Notes: generated by a model from the letters alone, not told the origin. Counted from the stretch's first letter, positions 1-13,560 are shown. The stretch is 64,000 bases of DNA from Felis catus (GCF_018350175.1 NC_058383.1:21578001-21642000); one strand, 5' to 3'. Made by a program: numbers and translations.

Positions 1-161
1 GAGGGACGGCCCACAGGCAGCACAGGAACCACCCTCTGGTTGTAGCTGGGTGAATGTTAAAAAGAAGTAAATGCAGAGGTGCCTGGCTGGCTCAGTTGGT
101 AAAGCATGCGACTCTTGATCTCAGGGTCATGAGTTCGAGCCCCACGTTGGACGTGGAGCCT

Positions 162-192
<31 letters not shown>

Positions 193-946
193 TAAGAAAT
201 AAATGCAGTAAATGCTGCCGTGGGGGGATGAGCACCCTAGTTCCTGAGGCCTCGCTGCTTGTGGGGCCCCTCCCTCCCAGACCCCCCATTTCCTGGGGCA
301 GAGGACAGCAAGCGGCTTCCAGGACCTGCATACTGTCTCCCCCACCCCATCCCGACTGCCATACTTCCTCCTCATGTAAATCCCCTCCCTCTTCCTCCGA
401 ACCCCCCGCCCCCTACCTCCAGCCTTCCCCAGGGCCCTGCCCAGGACTCAAGGGGATTCCAGCTCCTTCAAGGTCTTCCTTTTCTTGGAGACCCTTTCCC
501 AGTGTGGAAGCAGCCACAGGGACAATGCAGAGAACCCACATGGGACACCTTGCATGGTGTCTCAGTCTGCTGAGCCCCGGCAAGAATGGGGCATTTCTGC
601 TCCAGCCCCCACTTCCCTGACCCACACCTGGGCCTCGTCAGCCCCAGGACCCCATTCACCTCCGACGCCCCAAACGTTCATCAGTACAGCCCTCTCACTT
701 GCTAACTCTGGTGATGCTTTGGGATCTGACCAAGACTTCTGGTCCCTAACCAGTGCCTCTTCTCTTGGGTGTTAGCTCATTCCTCATGTTCTTCCTTCTG
801 AATCCATCAAAGACCCTGCTGCTGAGTTATTTCAACAATATTTAATTGCACATCTCCTGTGTACCAGGCACAACTCTAGGAGAGAACAGAAATGGTTCCC
901 ACTCTCCTAGAGCTGACAATCTAATGGGAGACGCACACAGTCTAGG

Positions 947-1080
947 AAAGTGGTTCTCAACCGAGGATGATTTTGTACCTCCCTAGGGAACATTTGGCAA
1001 CGCCTGGAGACGACTTGGCTGTCACAATTTGGGGTGTGGGGTGCTGCCAGCATCTACTTGGTAGAGACCAGGCATGCTGA
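947..1080 (+). mobile_element. MER20-like hAT DNA transposon fragment
   Basis: agtggttctcaacc...ggacatttggcaa-type 5' part of MER20, recognised by eye; boundaries approximate. Confidence 0.6.
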
Positions 1081-1479
1081 GAAATGAGAAAGCTTGGTTT
1101 ACTAGAAGAGGCACACAGTCTATTGGGAGACATCTGAGTTTAATAGCCACATGAGCTAATGCAAAGCAGCAAAGGTCACAATATGATGAAGAAGGAAATT
1201 TAACCTCATCAGGGAGGTCAGAGGGGCTTTTTGGAGGAATTATTGCTTAAAGTAGGATTTGAAAGATGAACAGGAGGTAACCTCCCTGTGAATGAAAAAG
1301 AAATTTCCAGCAAGAAGGGTAAGCATTGTAATGGTCACATCACAAGGCGAGGATGGGGAACCGATGGGACCTGGCATGCAGCTGACATTTGGCTCAATAA
1401 ATGCATCTTCAATCAATGAATGAATGAACGGATCACACATACAACTGGTCTGTAAGTTTCCTGATGGGTGGCGTTAGCA

Positions 1480-1827
1480 TTATCCCATTCTCAAACAACG
1501 GTGGACAAAAATCAGTATTACGTGGATAATTGACTTAAATGTGAAAAGTTCTAAAAGACAATATAGGAAAATATCTTTATGACCTTGGAGTAGGAAAATA
1601 TTTTTTAAACAGAACATGAAAGACAGGAAAAAGTGATAAATGTGACTGCATTGCAGTTGAGAACTGCGTATCAAAAACATCATTAAGAGACTGGAAAGGC
1701 AAACCACAGAGTAGAAAAAGATACATATATACATTTGCAACACCTAAAACCACCCCAAGGGCTTGTTTCCAGAATATATAAAGAACCTCTGCAAATCAAT
1801 AAGAAGCTCTATAACCTAATAATAATT

Positions 1828-1866
<39 letters not shown>

Positions 1867-2537
1867 TTTTAATGTTTATTTATTTTTGACAGAGAGAGAC
1901 AGAGCAAGAGTGGAGGAGGGACAGAGAGAGGAGACCCAGAATCTGAAACAGGCTCCAGGCTCTGAGCTGACAGCTCAGAGCCCGACGCGGGGCTCGAACT
2001 CACAGACCGCGAGATCATGACCTGAGCCAAAGTTGGACGCTCAACCGACTGAGCCACCCAGGCGCCCCTCACCTAATAATAATTTTTAAAAAGGTTGGCA
2101 AAAGCCCCAGACAAGTGACTTCCCCAAAGAGGAAATCCAAAGGGCCAAAAAAAATAAAAATAGAATTGTCAGTCGAAAGCGCATTGAGATTAGCAAGAAT
2201 TTTAAAGTTGAAAAATACCAAGTGTTGGCAAGGATGTGAAGCAATGGAGACAAGGGAATTTGCAGACACTGCTGTTGGGACTCTAAGCTGATAGAAATAC
2301 TCTGGGGGATATTGGGGGAGTATGTAGCAAAGCCAGACAAACATACCCAATAGCCCAGACACTCATAGGTAGACACTCTCCATAAACACCTGTTTACGTG
2401 CCTCAGGACACTTGTATAAATGCTCACGGGAGCATTAGCCATCACAGCCTAACACTGGGAACAACCTAAATGCCCATGAACAAAAGAATGGACAAACACA
2501 TGGACACACAGGCTGTAGTCATACTACAGAACACTAC

Positions 2538-2573
<36 letters not shown>

Positions 2574-2850
2574 AACACATCACTAATGAACGAATATGTT
2601 ACCCTGATCCCATATACGTTTTTTCAAAAGTAAATTAAACCAACTGTCTAATTATGCATAATGAAACCTGCAAAGAAAAGCAAAGGAGTTAACTAGATGA
2701 ACTTCAAGGAGAAAGGAAGGCATGGTCACGTGCTAAAGGCACACGGGGGAGGTTAGGTTTTATGTCTTGATCCGGGTGTTTATTTTACGATAGTTTATTA
2801 AGCTGTGCATTTGTGTTTTATCACGTTTTCAATGTATTTATTTCCCAATA
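1480..2850 (+). mobile_element. Old L1 (L1M-type) 3' fragment interrupted by a Can-SINE
   Basis: Degenerate ORF2/3'UTR motifs (ccagaatatataaagaa, aataccaagtgttggcaaggatgtg, ggaacaacctaaatgccc); boundaries approximate. Confidence 0.65.
1829..2068 (-). mobile_element. Young Can-SINE (SINEC_Fc) with (TTTA)n tail
   Basis: Full tRNA-derived head ending caggcgcccc at 2068; TSD acctaataataattt on both sides. Confidence 0.95.
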
Positions 2851-2865
2851 AAAATGGAGTGGGTT

Positions 2866-3313
2866 GGGGCGCCTGGGTGGCTCAGTCGGTTAAGCGGCTG
2901 ACTTCAGCTCAGGTCATGATCTCACAGTTTGTGAGTTCGAGCCCCGTGTCAGGCCCAGTGCTGACAGATCAGAGCCTGGAGCCTGTTTCAGAATCTGTGT
3001 CTCCCTCTCTCTGACCCTCCCCCGTTCATGCTGTCTGTCTCAAAAATAAATAAACGTTAAAAAAAATAAATAAAAAATAAATGGAGTGGGTAGATTTTTT
3101 CTTTTAAGTTTTTTAAAATATTTTTCTAAGTTTATTTATTTATTTTAAGAGAGAGTGAGAGAGCAGGGGAAGGCAGAGAGAGAGAATCCAAAGCAGGCTC
3201 CACACGGTCAGCACAGAGCCTGATGCAAGGGTTGAACTCACAAACTGTGAGATCATGACCTGAGTCAGTATCAAGAGTTGGACGCTTAACCAACTGAGCC
3301 ACCCAGGCGCCCC
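2866..3313. mobile_element. Two Can-SINEs tail-to-tail (+ 2866-3075, - ~3115-3313)
   Basis: ggggcgcctgggtggctcagtcggttaag head, (CT)n body, A tail; TSD aaatggagtgggt around the first. Confidence 0.9.
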
Positions 3314-3505
3314 TACTTTGTGTAGTTTTTAATTGCCATAATCAAAAGTTAAAATCAGTTCTTGCCTTATGAATGGTCCTGAGTATGATCTTGCCCCGTG
3401 TGGTAGAACCTTTGGAGCAGAATTAAATCTAGACAGTATGAGTGACATAAAGCTGTCAGATCAGAAACCATTTTTTAAACTACTTTTTCAAAATAGTCTA
3501 AAGCA

Positions 3506-3912
3506 GGGGTGCCCGGTGGTTCAGTCAGTTAAACGTCCGATTCTTTTTTGCTTTTAATTTTAATGTTTAATCTTTGAGAGAGAGAGAGAGCGAGAGAGAA
3601 CGCAAGAGTAGGGGAGGGGCAGAGAGAGGAGACACAGAATGCAAAGCAGGCTCCAGGCTCCGAGCTGTCAGCACAGAGCCCGACGTGGGGCTCAAACAAC
3701 CTGAGCCAAAGTTGGACGCTTAACCGACTAAGCCACCCAGGCGCCCCATAAATGTCCGACTCTTGATTTCAGCTGTCATGATCTCACATTTGGTGAGTTC
3801 GGGCTCTGTATTGGGCTCTACACAGACAGCATGACAGCATGAAGTCTGCTTGGGATTCTCTCTCTCCCTGCTCATGCTCTCTCTCCCTCTCTCAAAATAA
3901 ATAAACTTAAAA
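3506..3912 (+). mobile_element. Can-SINE containing a nested opposite-strand Can-SINE (3546-3747)
   Basis: Host head is interrupted; TSD taaa(c/t)gtccga(t/c)tctt at 3530-3545 and 3749-3764. Confidence 0.9.
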
Positions 3913-4400
3913 ACATATACACATATGTATGTATGTATGTGTATATACATATATAGATAGATAGATATAGATATAGAGACATAGATAGATATTTTAAGTC
4001 TAAAACAGCATTGTTATTTGGGAACAAACATTTTGACCCTTCGCATCTGCCAGAAAGAACTCAGTTTTTACAGCTGTGTGTGCAAAGGAAGAAAAGCAGT
4101 AACATGTTACCGCCTACACACGTCAAAGACACCACGAGCCTCACACCGGTGTGTTCGCATTGAAAACAGGTGCTTCTGGGCTCCCGTCTCCTCCAGCCCG
4201 TGTGCATCTTCATCATCGGTCACCAGGTGGGAGCTGCCAAGGGCGGGGCTCCCCTGGTCTCACCTGTGCGGCGTCCCTCGCCATGCGGGGACCGACCTCC
4301 CGGGGACTAAGGGAGGTCGTCAGGGGGGAAGGAGGGAACGCAGGGGTGACCCTCCCAAAGGGTTTCTCAGCCCACGGCACCCCGACTCCCCCACACTCAC

Positions 4401-4460
4401 CTGACCAGCGATGTAGATGGGCAGGAAGATCCAGGCCAACATCAGCACGGAGAACAAGCC
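4401..4460 (-). CDS. SLC5A11: SLC5A11 coding exon 4 (GLFSVLMLAWIFLPIYIAGQ)
   Basis: 60 nt, phase 0-0, acceptor AG at 4462-4461, donor GTGAGT at 4400-4395; typical sodium:solute symporter TM segment. Confidence 0.96.
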
Positions 4461-5625
4461 CTGCCCGGGGGAAAGAGAGTCAGGACTCGGCTCCCGCCAA
4501 CCTCAAGGCGCTCATCTGGATCTCCCTCTGCCCCTGGAGGTAGCCAGGCCTGGCTCCACCTCTGGTCCAGTCTGCGTACCTCCCCCTCCCCGGACCATCA
4601 TATTTCCACGTTTAAGTGGCAGAAGGGGACGAAGGAGGGAAGAGGGGAAATAGAAGCTTTTCCGTGACTCCTCATCCGGTGTCACCCTAAACCTCACGTC
4701 CTCCCCCTTCCTCCAGGCGTATTCCCTCCCTCGTTGAGCTAGGTTGGGCTTTGTAAGGGATCCCACCATACGGCAACGCGTGTCGCGTAGGCCGCAGGGT
4801 AGAATGAGCACTTTAAAAATATTAGTCACAGGGCGCCTGGGTGGCTCAGTAGGTTAAGTGTCCAACTCTTGCTTTCGGCTCAGGTCAGAGTTCACGAGTT
4901 CAAGACCTGCAGTGGGTTCTACACCGATGGTGCAGAGTCTGCTTGGGATTCTCTCTCTCTTTCTCTGCCCCTCCCCTGCTCACATTCTCTCTCTCTCTCT
5001 CTCAAAATAAATAAACTGGCTGGCTCAGTCAGTGGAGCATATGACTCTTGATCTAGGAGTTGTAAGGTCACGCCCCATGTTGGGCATAGAGCTTATCAAT
5101 AAATAAAATAAATAAATAAGTAAATCGTTTGTTTCAAAGAAAGTTAGTCACTATGAAGATGAAAACCACCACTAACAGTGCAAGCCCTCCTCCTCAGTGA
5201 AAATCAGATCCTTCACGAGCCCTGCTCCATAGGACACTGCGTCCTCGCTCTTGGGCATCCGGGCAAGATAGGTCAAAGCACCACACCACAGATGTCACCT
5301 GCTTTTTGTGATACACAGAAAAACCCTCTGGTCCCGGGACACCTTCTGGCCTCTGCATCCGCAGGGAAGGGATTCGGAGCCCTCTTCTCCCACACAGTGG
5401 TTTATTAGGGTCCTGACCTTACCGGCCAGCACCGAGCACACCCACGCAAGCCAGAAGCCTGCGGGTCAAACTAGTTTTAGCTGGCGAGGGGTACCCTTGA
5501 TGCTTCCTGCTTGTCTCCTCGTGAAGTACTTCTCCATTTTTACAAGTATGGGGCATTCACACTGTCCCCCAGGGTCACCTACTGGGCAAAGGGTGAGCTG
5601 TAGACACCCCTGGTAAGATACTTAC

Positions 5626-5730
5626 ATTCAACTCATAAGCAGTTACGGAAAGGCCCGCAGCAGCACCCGACCCTGCCAGGCCTACAAAATGCCCACTTCC
5701 AACATTGCTGGCAAACAAGGATGCACCCAC
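5626..5730 (-). CDS. SLC5A11: SLC5A11 coding exon 3 ([35 protein letters not shown])
   Basis: 105 nt, phase 0-0, ctccctacag acceptor, GTAAGT donor; ASNxGSGHFxGLAG is the SGLT-family motif. Confidence 0.98.
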
Positions 5731-5844
5731 CTGTAGGGAGACAGACAAGTCAGATCCTGGAGGCAAGGTCTACAGTATCTTCTCCCCACCCCCAGTTCTT
5801 CCCGTGCTCCAAAGGGACCAAGATAGAAGGAGAAATAGAGAAGG

Positions 5845-6037
5845 CAGGGCCATCCCTAGCCCATCTAGCATCTTCCTTTTTTTCAAATTAGAAAGACTCG
5901 TCTTCCCCCAAACTCTCTTACTTCCATCTATCAGTTATTGGCACAGTAAGTATGCATCTTCATGATGCCTAAAATGTGAATCATACCCCATAGGGTAGTG
6001 CAGTGCACAACACGGACAACTGTATGCATCGTCCCTG
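5845..6037. mobile_element. MER91-like hAT (Tip100) non-autonomous element
   Basis: Inverted ends caggg.../...ccctg and a gtgcagtgcacaac...aactgta subterminal motif; family recalled from memory. Confidence 0.45.
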
Positions 6038-7347
6038 GGGGAAAGGATGACAGGTATTATGGAAGGTGCTTCATGAGGAGAATCAGGAAGCCTTTGTTAT
6101 ATATCCCAGTTCTGTTTCTACCTTGGCAAAGTAAATAGTTCTCCTTCTGGTAGAACATTAAGTGGCCAAGCCTATACTCAATGGCCCCAATCCCTGGTCT
6201 CAACAGATTGAACCAGACACCCCCAGTTACTTGGCCCAAAGTAGGTAAATTACATTTTCTCTCCTAAGAATCTGGAACTGGGACACCATCTCCGTTACCA
6301 AATCCTAGCTAGTTTCTCTCACTGAGGCCTATAGTCTCTTGATTAAACATAGAGCTTGGTCGGTGATGAAAGACTGATAAAGGCACCAAACTGTGGCTTT
6401 TTCTTTAATGCAGTCAGGAGGAGTGACGTAGAATAGGAAAGGGATGAGGTTCACACTATGCGATCTGACGTTATTTAATGCTATGTCAGTGGCAGCTGGA
6501 AAATCTTAGAGCGACTGTTCCTCATACTTTGGGAAACACTCGAATACAAGCCCCTTGAGGGTGAAGACCAGCTTACTGATGTGTTGGACAGAGTGCCAGA
6601 CATCCTCCTCGGCGAATATATACTTTTAGGGAATTTGTTGAACATATAACGCAAAGCATGTCGTTGGTACCTTTTGAGAACAGTATGGTCATTGTCTCCA
6701 CACATTTCACTGATCAGGGGCTCAGGTACCACTTGTCTCTCTGCACCTTAAACCCTACATCTTTTGGACTCAATGCGAATGGGAGCGGTCCTTCCTCTTC
6801 TTAGTTCAAAGATTCCACTCTTATTTCAGGAGATTCTAAGTAAACTATTATCCCTGACCATCCATGACGTAGGCAGGCCCATAGACACCTGGGTGCGTGT
6901 GTGTATGTGTGTGTGCACGTGCATGCTGTATTTGGCAATGCCCTGAGGTCCACTTGAGAAGAAAACACCAATTGGACTGCTGTGTTTGTTATTTGTGTTT
7001 TCAACATCCATTCCGCCTTGTCCCAGTAAGGGTTTCTAGCCCCTTCCCATCTCATCGCATATGCTTGAGGACAGGTTCCAACTCCACCCCCCCACTCCCC
7101 GCCCCAGCTCAGGCATTGAGTGTGTGACCCAGGCTTGAGCCAATTAGCACATCAAACTACCCTGGTCACAGTGACTGGCACGGAGGTGGGCATGGGACAC
7201 AGTCAAAGATGAGATATTTTCCATGCTCTTCCGTGCACTGGAACTTGAGAGGATGAGAAGTCTAGAGCAAAGTCTGCTATCTTGTTGCCATGAAGTTGAC
7301 TCTGTTTGGGGAATAGCGCTCATCCAGAAGAAGAGAAATTGATATGG

Positions 7348-7470
7348 AGGAAAGGAAGGGAGGAAGGGAGGAAGGGAGGAAGGGAGGAAGGGAGGAAGGG
7401 AGGAAGGAAGGAAGGAAGGAAGGAAGGAAGGAAGGAAGGAAGGGAGGGAAAGAGGGAGGGAGGAAGGAAA
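7348..7470. repeat. (GGAA)n/(GGGA)n purine microsatellite
   Basis: Directly visible tandem ggaa and gggaggaa units. Confidence 0.95.
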
Positions 7471-7696
7471 GGTTAAAGAGAGGAAGAGAGGGAGGGATGG
7501 AAACCAGGTCCTAATGATATCACTTGAGCCCTTGCACTCAACCATACCTGAAACCAGCCTAACTGATTGAGTTGGAGCTAAGCCTTCTCTAGACTGTGAC
7601 TTCACACAACGTGCAACCCGGGTCCTGAGAGACCAAAGGCTAGACAGACCATCAGCATGTGAAGAAGTGACTTCAATTGAACCAAAGACCACTTAC

Positions 7697-7768
7697 TGGC
7701 CACCACACCATGTCCCCTCCAGCTAGGAAGTAGCCTTTCACTGTGTCTCTTTTGGTCTTCACTGTGGA
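7697..7768 (-). CDS. SLC5A11: SLC5A11 coding exon 2 (STVKTKRDTVKGYFLAGGDMVWWP)
   Basis: 72 nt, phase 0-0, tctttgtttcag acceptor, GTAAGT donor; GYFLAG...WWP SLC5 motif. Confidence 0.98.
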
Positions 7769-9891
7769 CTGAAACAAAGAAGAAGGGTGGGTAACAGTCA
7801 GAGGCATCCCGAAGTGCCAAAGCCATGGAAAACTAACTGGGAGTCCAGCAGGCCAGATCTGGACAGCAAATATAGGGTGCTTTGGACCCACGGTTTTTAA
7901 GATTTTAATTTGAATGCTTTAGAGGAGACAAATTCTTCAGGTCAATACAACCCCTGCTTATGGCTGGCTCCCTTACATGTCTGAGTTTTCAACCCATGCT
8001 CATCGCTAGGATAGCTCATAAGGGGCACCATTTATTGAGTGTTAGTGCTACATAGTGTCACAGGAGCACAGCCATCAGACGCCCCTAAGCATCTCTGCGC
8101 TTTATCTCATGTTAATCCTTACAAACTCCTATGAAGTTGGTATCATGAGGCCCATCTAACAGACGAAGAAAATGAGACTCAGAAGTCACTCTAGTGCCAT
8201 TGTTTCCTGAGAGTGGAAGTGTCGGGAATTCAGGTCTAGGTCAGCCTTGGGAGCCCATGTCCTTAGCCGGCCAACAAAACCGTCTTTAGAAGGAGTGAGC
8301 TTCTAAGCATCGAAGGTGTTCGAATAGACACATTTCGGCTGCTAAGTGGCTTGTCTGATCTTGGCAAGAAGTTGCACATCTCTGAGCCTGGGTGCGAACG
8401 CTGGTGAGGGGATTCTTACTGGATAGGACATGGCAGGAAATGGTATCTTTTCATCCCTGCAAATGAACTTTCTATAGAAAACAGAACCTGAGACTCATTC
8501 CGGTTCATTCCTGACACAGGAAGTATTTTTTTTTAAATAAAGAACTCCCGGGGCACCTTGGTGGCTCAGCAGGTTAAGTGTCCTCCAGCTCAGATCATGA
8601 TCTCACGGTTCATGAGTTCGAGCCCCACATTGGGCTCTGTGCTGACAGCGTGGAGCCTGCTTGGGATTCTCTGTCTCTCTCTCTCTCTCTCAAAATAAAT
8701 AAATAAACTTAATTTTTTTTTTTTAAATAAAGAACTCCTTGAAAGGGATTATCTAAATCCAGGGTTCCCAAACTAGTAATATATCAGAGACTCCTGGTCC
8801 TCTTGTGAAAATACCGATTCCCAGTGCCTCCAACCTCACCCTAACTTAACCCTGACCCCAAGGCTGTCTGACATGAAAACTCTTACTCTCAACAATGTCT
8901 CCTCCGTCTCACTATGTCCTGCTAAGAGCGGAGGGCAGGGGAGTGTGCAGAGAAAGGTCTTTGGAACGTCCAGCATTGCATCCCCTTGTTGACTTGGAGG
9001 AGGGAAAGCTAAGGGGTAGGAGTAGAAAAATGATGTGTAAGTAGTTGGAGCCAAGTGGGGACACCTTGGGGCTCAGCTTTCAAGTCTTTTGTACCAAATG
9101 GCCTAAAACCCAGATAGCAGTATCTTCTCTTCAGCATCCTTATCCCAAAATTACTAATGTTCTGAGCATGGAAGGAGTTCCTAGGGGCACCTGGCTGGCT
9201 CAGTCAGAGGAGGGGCATGCCATTCTTGATCTTGGGGTCACGAGTCTGAGCCCCATGCCAGGTGTAGAGATTACTTAAACAAATAAGAACTTTAAAAGAA
9301 TAAAGAATTCCTAGAAATTGGTAAGTAAAAGAACAAGAACCTAATGAAAATGGGAAAAATAGATGAAACCGTGCATCACAGAAAGGAATGAAGTGGTCTT
9401 TAAACATATGTAAGGGTGTCCAGCCTCATTTATTATAAGATAAATGCAATTTTTTTAGAGACAGGGAGCGTGAGTGGGGGAGAGGGGCAGAGGGAGAGAG
9501 AATCCCAAGCAGGCTCCGTGCTGTCAGCACAGAGCCCAACACAGGGCTTGAACTCTCAGACCGTAACATCATGACCGGTGCCAAAGTTCTATGCTCAACG
9601 CACGGAGCCACCCAGGCACCCCAATCCTGTGCAACTTTTAAAAAGACAAGGAAGCTTCTATGCACTGATATGAAAAGATATCCCAGAGATCATGATAGGT
9701 GAAAAACAGCAAGGTGAAAAAACAACAGTATAATAACCTACTTCCTATTTAAGAAAGAGGTAAATATACATGATAACATTTGCTCGGATTTCCATAAGGA
9801 AACTCAAATTAATGTACAAACAAGTTTACAACAGTGGTTACTCGTGAAGGGAAGGGTAGTAGTGAAATTTTCACTATGTTTTTTTAAATGT

Positions 9892-9934
<43 letters not shown>

Positions 9935-10163
9935 GTGTTTATTTATTTTGAGAGAGAGAGAGTGGGGGAAGGGCAGAGAGAAAGGGAGAGAGAGAATCCA
10001 AAGCAGGCTCTGGGCTATCAGTGCAGAATCTGACTCAGGGCTCAAACTCACAAACCTTGAGATCATGACTCCTGAGCCAAGATCAAAAGTCGGGACACTC
10101 AACCAACTGAGCCACCCAGACCCCCCCTAAGTTGCTTTTATTTGAACCTTGTGACTGTATTGC

Positions 10164-10208
<45 letters not shown>

Positions 10209-10462
10209 GGGGCGCCTGGGTGGCTCAGTCAGCTAAGCATCCGACTCCAGCTCAGGTCATGATCTCAACAGTTTGTGGGTTCAAGCCCCGTGTTGGGCTC
10301 TGTGCTGACGGCATGGAGCCTGGAGCCCACTTTGAGTTCTGTGTCTCTCCCTGTCTCTTTGTCCCTCCCCTGCCCTTGCTCACACTCTGTCTCTCTCTCT
10401 CTCAAAAATAAAAAACATTAAAAACCTTGTTTTAAAAAGCTTGCTTTAAAAAAGAAGAAAGA

Positions 10463-10686
10463 GGGGCGCCTGGGTGGCGCAGTCGGTTAAGCGTCCGACT
10501 TCAGCCAGGTCACGATCTCGCGGTCTGTGAGTTCGAGCCCCGCGTCGGGCTCTGGGCTGATGGCTCAGAGCCTGGAGCCTGTTTCCGATTCTGTGTCTCC
10601 CTCTCTCTCTGCCCCTCCCCCGTTCATGCTCTGTCTCTCTCTGTCCCAAAAATAAATAAACGTTGAAAAAAAAAATTAAAAAAAAA
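10463..10686 (+). mobile_element. Young Can-SINE, immediately after another + SINE (10209-10425)
   Basis: Near-consensus and CpG-rich; TSD aaaaaagaagaaaga. Confidence 0.95.
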
Positions 10687-10699
10687 AAAAAAGAAGAAA

Positions 10700-10900
10700 G
10701 AATATGGGCTTCAAAGTGAAGGAGATATGGATTCTAACCCAGCTGTGCTAACTTACTAATATACAAGGAGTTTCCATTTTTGAGCCTCAGTGTCCTTATC
10801 TATAAAATGGGTACAGCGGTAGCGTCTTCATAGACATCTGTGCAAATTACATGACATAGCATGAGATGAAAGTGCCTAAGACAGCACCTGACCCATGGTC
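10700..10900 (+). mobile_element. MIR SINE relic
   Basis: tgagcctcagtgtccttatctataaaatggg MIR core. Confidence 0.65.
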
Positions 10901-10986
10901 AACTCTGTATTTTTACAAGTTTAAAGTTCTAATTACTTTACGACCTTGGGCGAGTTTCTACCTCTGCCTCCTCTGGCCTGGCTTAC

Positions 10987-11121
10987 CCAAAGTCCAACAG
11001 CCAGGACGAAGAGGAAGTACAGAACCAACACCGCGATGTCACCTGGCTCCAGGCTCCTCTGGGGAAAAGCCTCCAGGGGATCGGACTCCGTGGGCTGAGG
11101 ACTGCCGGAGCTGCTCTCCAT
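10987..11121 (-). CDS. SLC5A11: SLC5A11 first coding exon (MESSSGSPQPTESDPLEAFPQRSLEPGDIAVLVLYFLFVLAVGLW)
   Basis: ATG at 11121 in strong Kozak context (accATGG), 135 nt, donor GTAAGC at 10986; N-terminus recognisable as SGLT6/SMIT2. Confidence 0.96.
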
Positions 11122-11870
11122 GGTCCTGAGCAAACTTTCAATCTTGCGGGAAGTGCAAAAGCGGGTCAGACGCCAGCACTAGAGCTACTTCCTCACCCTC
11201 TGCGTGGCTACCTCCTTGGAGCAAGCGAAAGGGCACCTGTGGAGAGATGTGTAGTGGGGACAGATCTCCCAGGAAGGCAGATCCACCCACCCATCCATCC
11301 ATGCATCCATCCATTCACTCATTCATTCAGCAAACGAATGATTTGAAGTCACATCAAATCAACAGCTAATTTTTAGCAACTCAGCCACTCACTCGGCAAA
11401 ATATTAAGAACAAACTGAATAGTACAGATGGTTTCATCATCCCATCCCACTTCAGGAGCATATGACCAAGAGTGAGAGTAAAACGAGACACTGGAGTTAT
11501 TTCCCATTTCTGAGGAACCTCAGAGGTGGGCAAGAGTCGAGCCAACATCTTGTCTGAGGCTCGGCGGGACACTAGTCTTGTTCCAGTGTCGGCCAGGCCC
11601 GTAAAACGGAATATATTTTGTAATATATACAGCACCTCCTACATCATTCTAAGTGTTTACAAACCTGTAAAGTGGGCACTATTGTTTTCATCCCCATTTT
11701 ACAGATGGCAAAACTGAGACACAGGGAACTTGTCTAAGATTAATATGGCTCAAGTGGCAGAGACAGGACTTGAAGGCAAATAATCTTGCTCCAGAATCCA
11801 TGCCTTGAACCACTGTGTCCTCGGCTGTTTCTCAGTATACTGTACTTCTGTGGGCAATTTAAGGGATTCC

Positions 11871-12619
11871 TATGGGGAACAGAATGTCCCCCTCAAGGAT
11901 GGGCACCTTCTAATCCTCAGAACCTGTGAATATGTTAAGTTACATGGCCAAAAGACAATTGAGTTTACAAACAGAATTAAGGTTGCCAGTCAGCTCTCCT
12001 TAAAATTGGGAGATTTTCCCTGAAGTGTCTGAGTGAGATAATTGCAACCACAAAGGTCTTTAAAAGTGAAGAGAGGGGCGCCTGGGTGGCTCAGTCGGTT
12101 AAGCATCCGACTTCAGCTCAGGTCATGATCTCACGGTCCGTGAGTTCGAGCCCCGCGTCGGGCTCTGTGCTGACAGCTCAGAGCCTGGAGCCTGCTTCAG
12201 ATTCTGTGTCTCCCTCTCTCTCTGACCCTCCCCCATTCATGCTCTGTCTCTCTCTGTCTCAAAAGTAAATAAAACATTAAAAAATTAAAAAAAAAAAAAA
12301 AAAAAAAAAAAGTGAAGAGAGAATCCGAAAAGAGAACCAGCATGAGAAGGATTTGGGCCAATGTTGCTGGCTTTGAAGATGCAGTAAAAGGGCCCGCAAA
12401 CCAAGGAAAGCAGGCAGCTTCTAGAAGCTGGGAACAGAAATGAATGCATTCTACCCTAGAGCATCCGAAAGGAATTCAGCCGTGCTGTCACCTTAATGTT
12501 AGCCCAGGGAGACCCATTTAGAACCTGTGACTTCCAGAACTGTAAGATAATAACCCTGCATCGTTTCAAGCCACTACCTTCTGGTGATTTTTTGCAGCAA
12601 TAATTGGAAACTAATAAAA
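11871..12619 (+). mobile_element. MaLR LTR (MLT1D-like) split by a Can-SINE (12075-12307)
   Basis: aacctgtgaatatgttaagttacatggc...cagaactgtaagataa...ggaaactaata; SINE TSD aaaagtgaagaga. Confidence 0.8.
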
Positions 12620-13444
12620 CTCCTAAGGGTGATTTTCAACCATAAGCGATTTGGGCATGGACTTATTCCCAGTGTGTAACTCCACTCTGGAGGTCTGGGA
12701 GTGAAAAGACTCACGATGCCCCCACGATCTACACACTGCCCCCCATCTACACACTGAGGTGTGAATAAGCATGTCACGTTTAAGGAATCACCAGATTCTT
12801 GCCTGAGTATTAGGTAAGATTAGGAAGAGGGGACTGGGCAGTGGGGTCGATCAGATATGAAGGTGACTATCTCAGCCCTTTGATGTCATTAAAGGATTTT
12901 TATAGGGTCAGCGATTCCCAACTTCTCAGACATCAAATATAGCAAATATTTTTATAGCAAATATTTTTATAAAGATTTTTAAATCAATTTATTTATTTTG
13001 AGAGAGAGAGAGAGCAGGAGCAAGGGAGGAGCGGAGAAGGAGGGAGCAGGGGAGAGAGAATCAAAGCAGGCCCCACGATGTCTCCGTGCAGCCTGACGCG
13101 GGGCGGGGGTGGGGGGGTCGGGTCAAACTCACAAACCCAGAGATCATGGCCTGAGCCAAAACCAAGACTCAGATGCTTAACCGACTGAGTCACCCAGGCG
13201 CCCTTGCACATCACTTTTTAAAAAGTCTATACAATGCTTTAAGTCCAAAAGAAATAAAAGGAAAGCCATTTATGATAAACTGATGAATGCTTCAACATAT
13301 CACCGATCTGCCGACTCCACGGGAGACCCCAAGAACAGTCAGATACTTGCACCCACTACGCTAAGTTTTGAACGTAAGGGAAATGAGAAAGTCGGAAGCC
13401 ATTTTAGTGCAAAACCTCAGAATCAAAAGTGAATCCGCAGAGGA

Positions 13445-13560
13445 ACAGCACCAGCATCAACAGTGTGGGGGTTGGGGTGCTGACCCTCTTGTGCAGCCGA
13501 AAATCCACGTGCGGTTTTTGACTCCCCCAAAATGTAACTACAATTAGCCTACTGTGATTT
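13445..13560. mobile_element. Tigger2-like DNA transposon fragment
   Basis: gctgaccc...gcagccgaaaatccacgt...tttgactcccccaaa...aactac...tagcctactg. Confidence 0.5.

Noticed and set aside
1869..2072. Recurrent short ORFs of the MAQSVKRPTSAQVMISRSVSSSP type; tRNA genes
   Set aside because: These are translations of Can-SINEs. The tRNA-like A/B boxes belong to SINE heads, not tRNA genes.
1..4400. A further SLC5A11 coding exon (expected TMPEYL-type motif)
   Set aside because: Not found by reading; it presumably lies beyond position 1.
6481..6732. 83-aa ORF in a SLC5A11 intron
   Set aside because: Overlaps an L2 3'-end-like relic (aagccccttgagggtgaagacc...ttgttgaa); no homology recognised.
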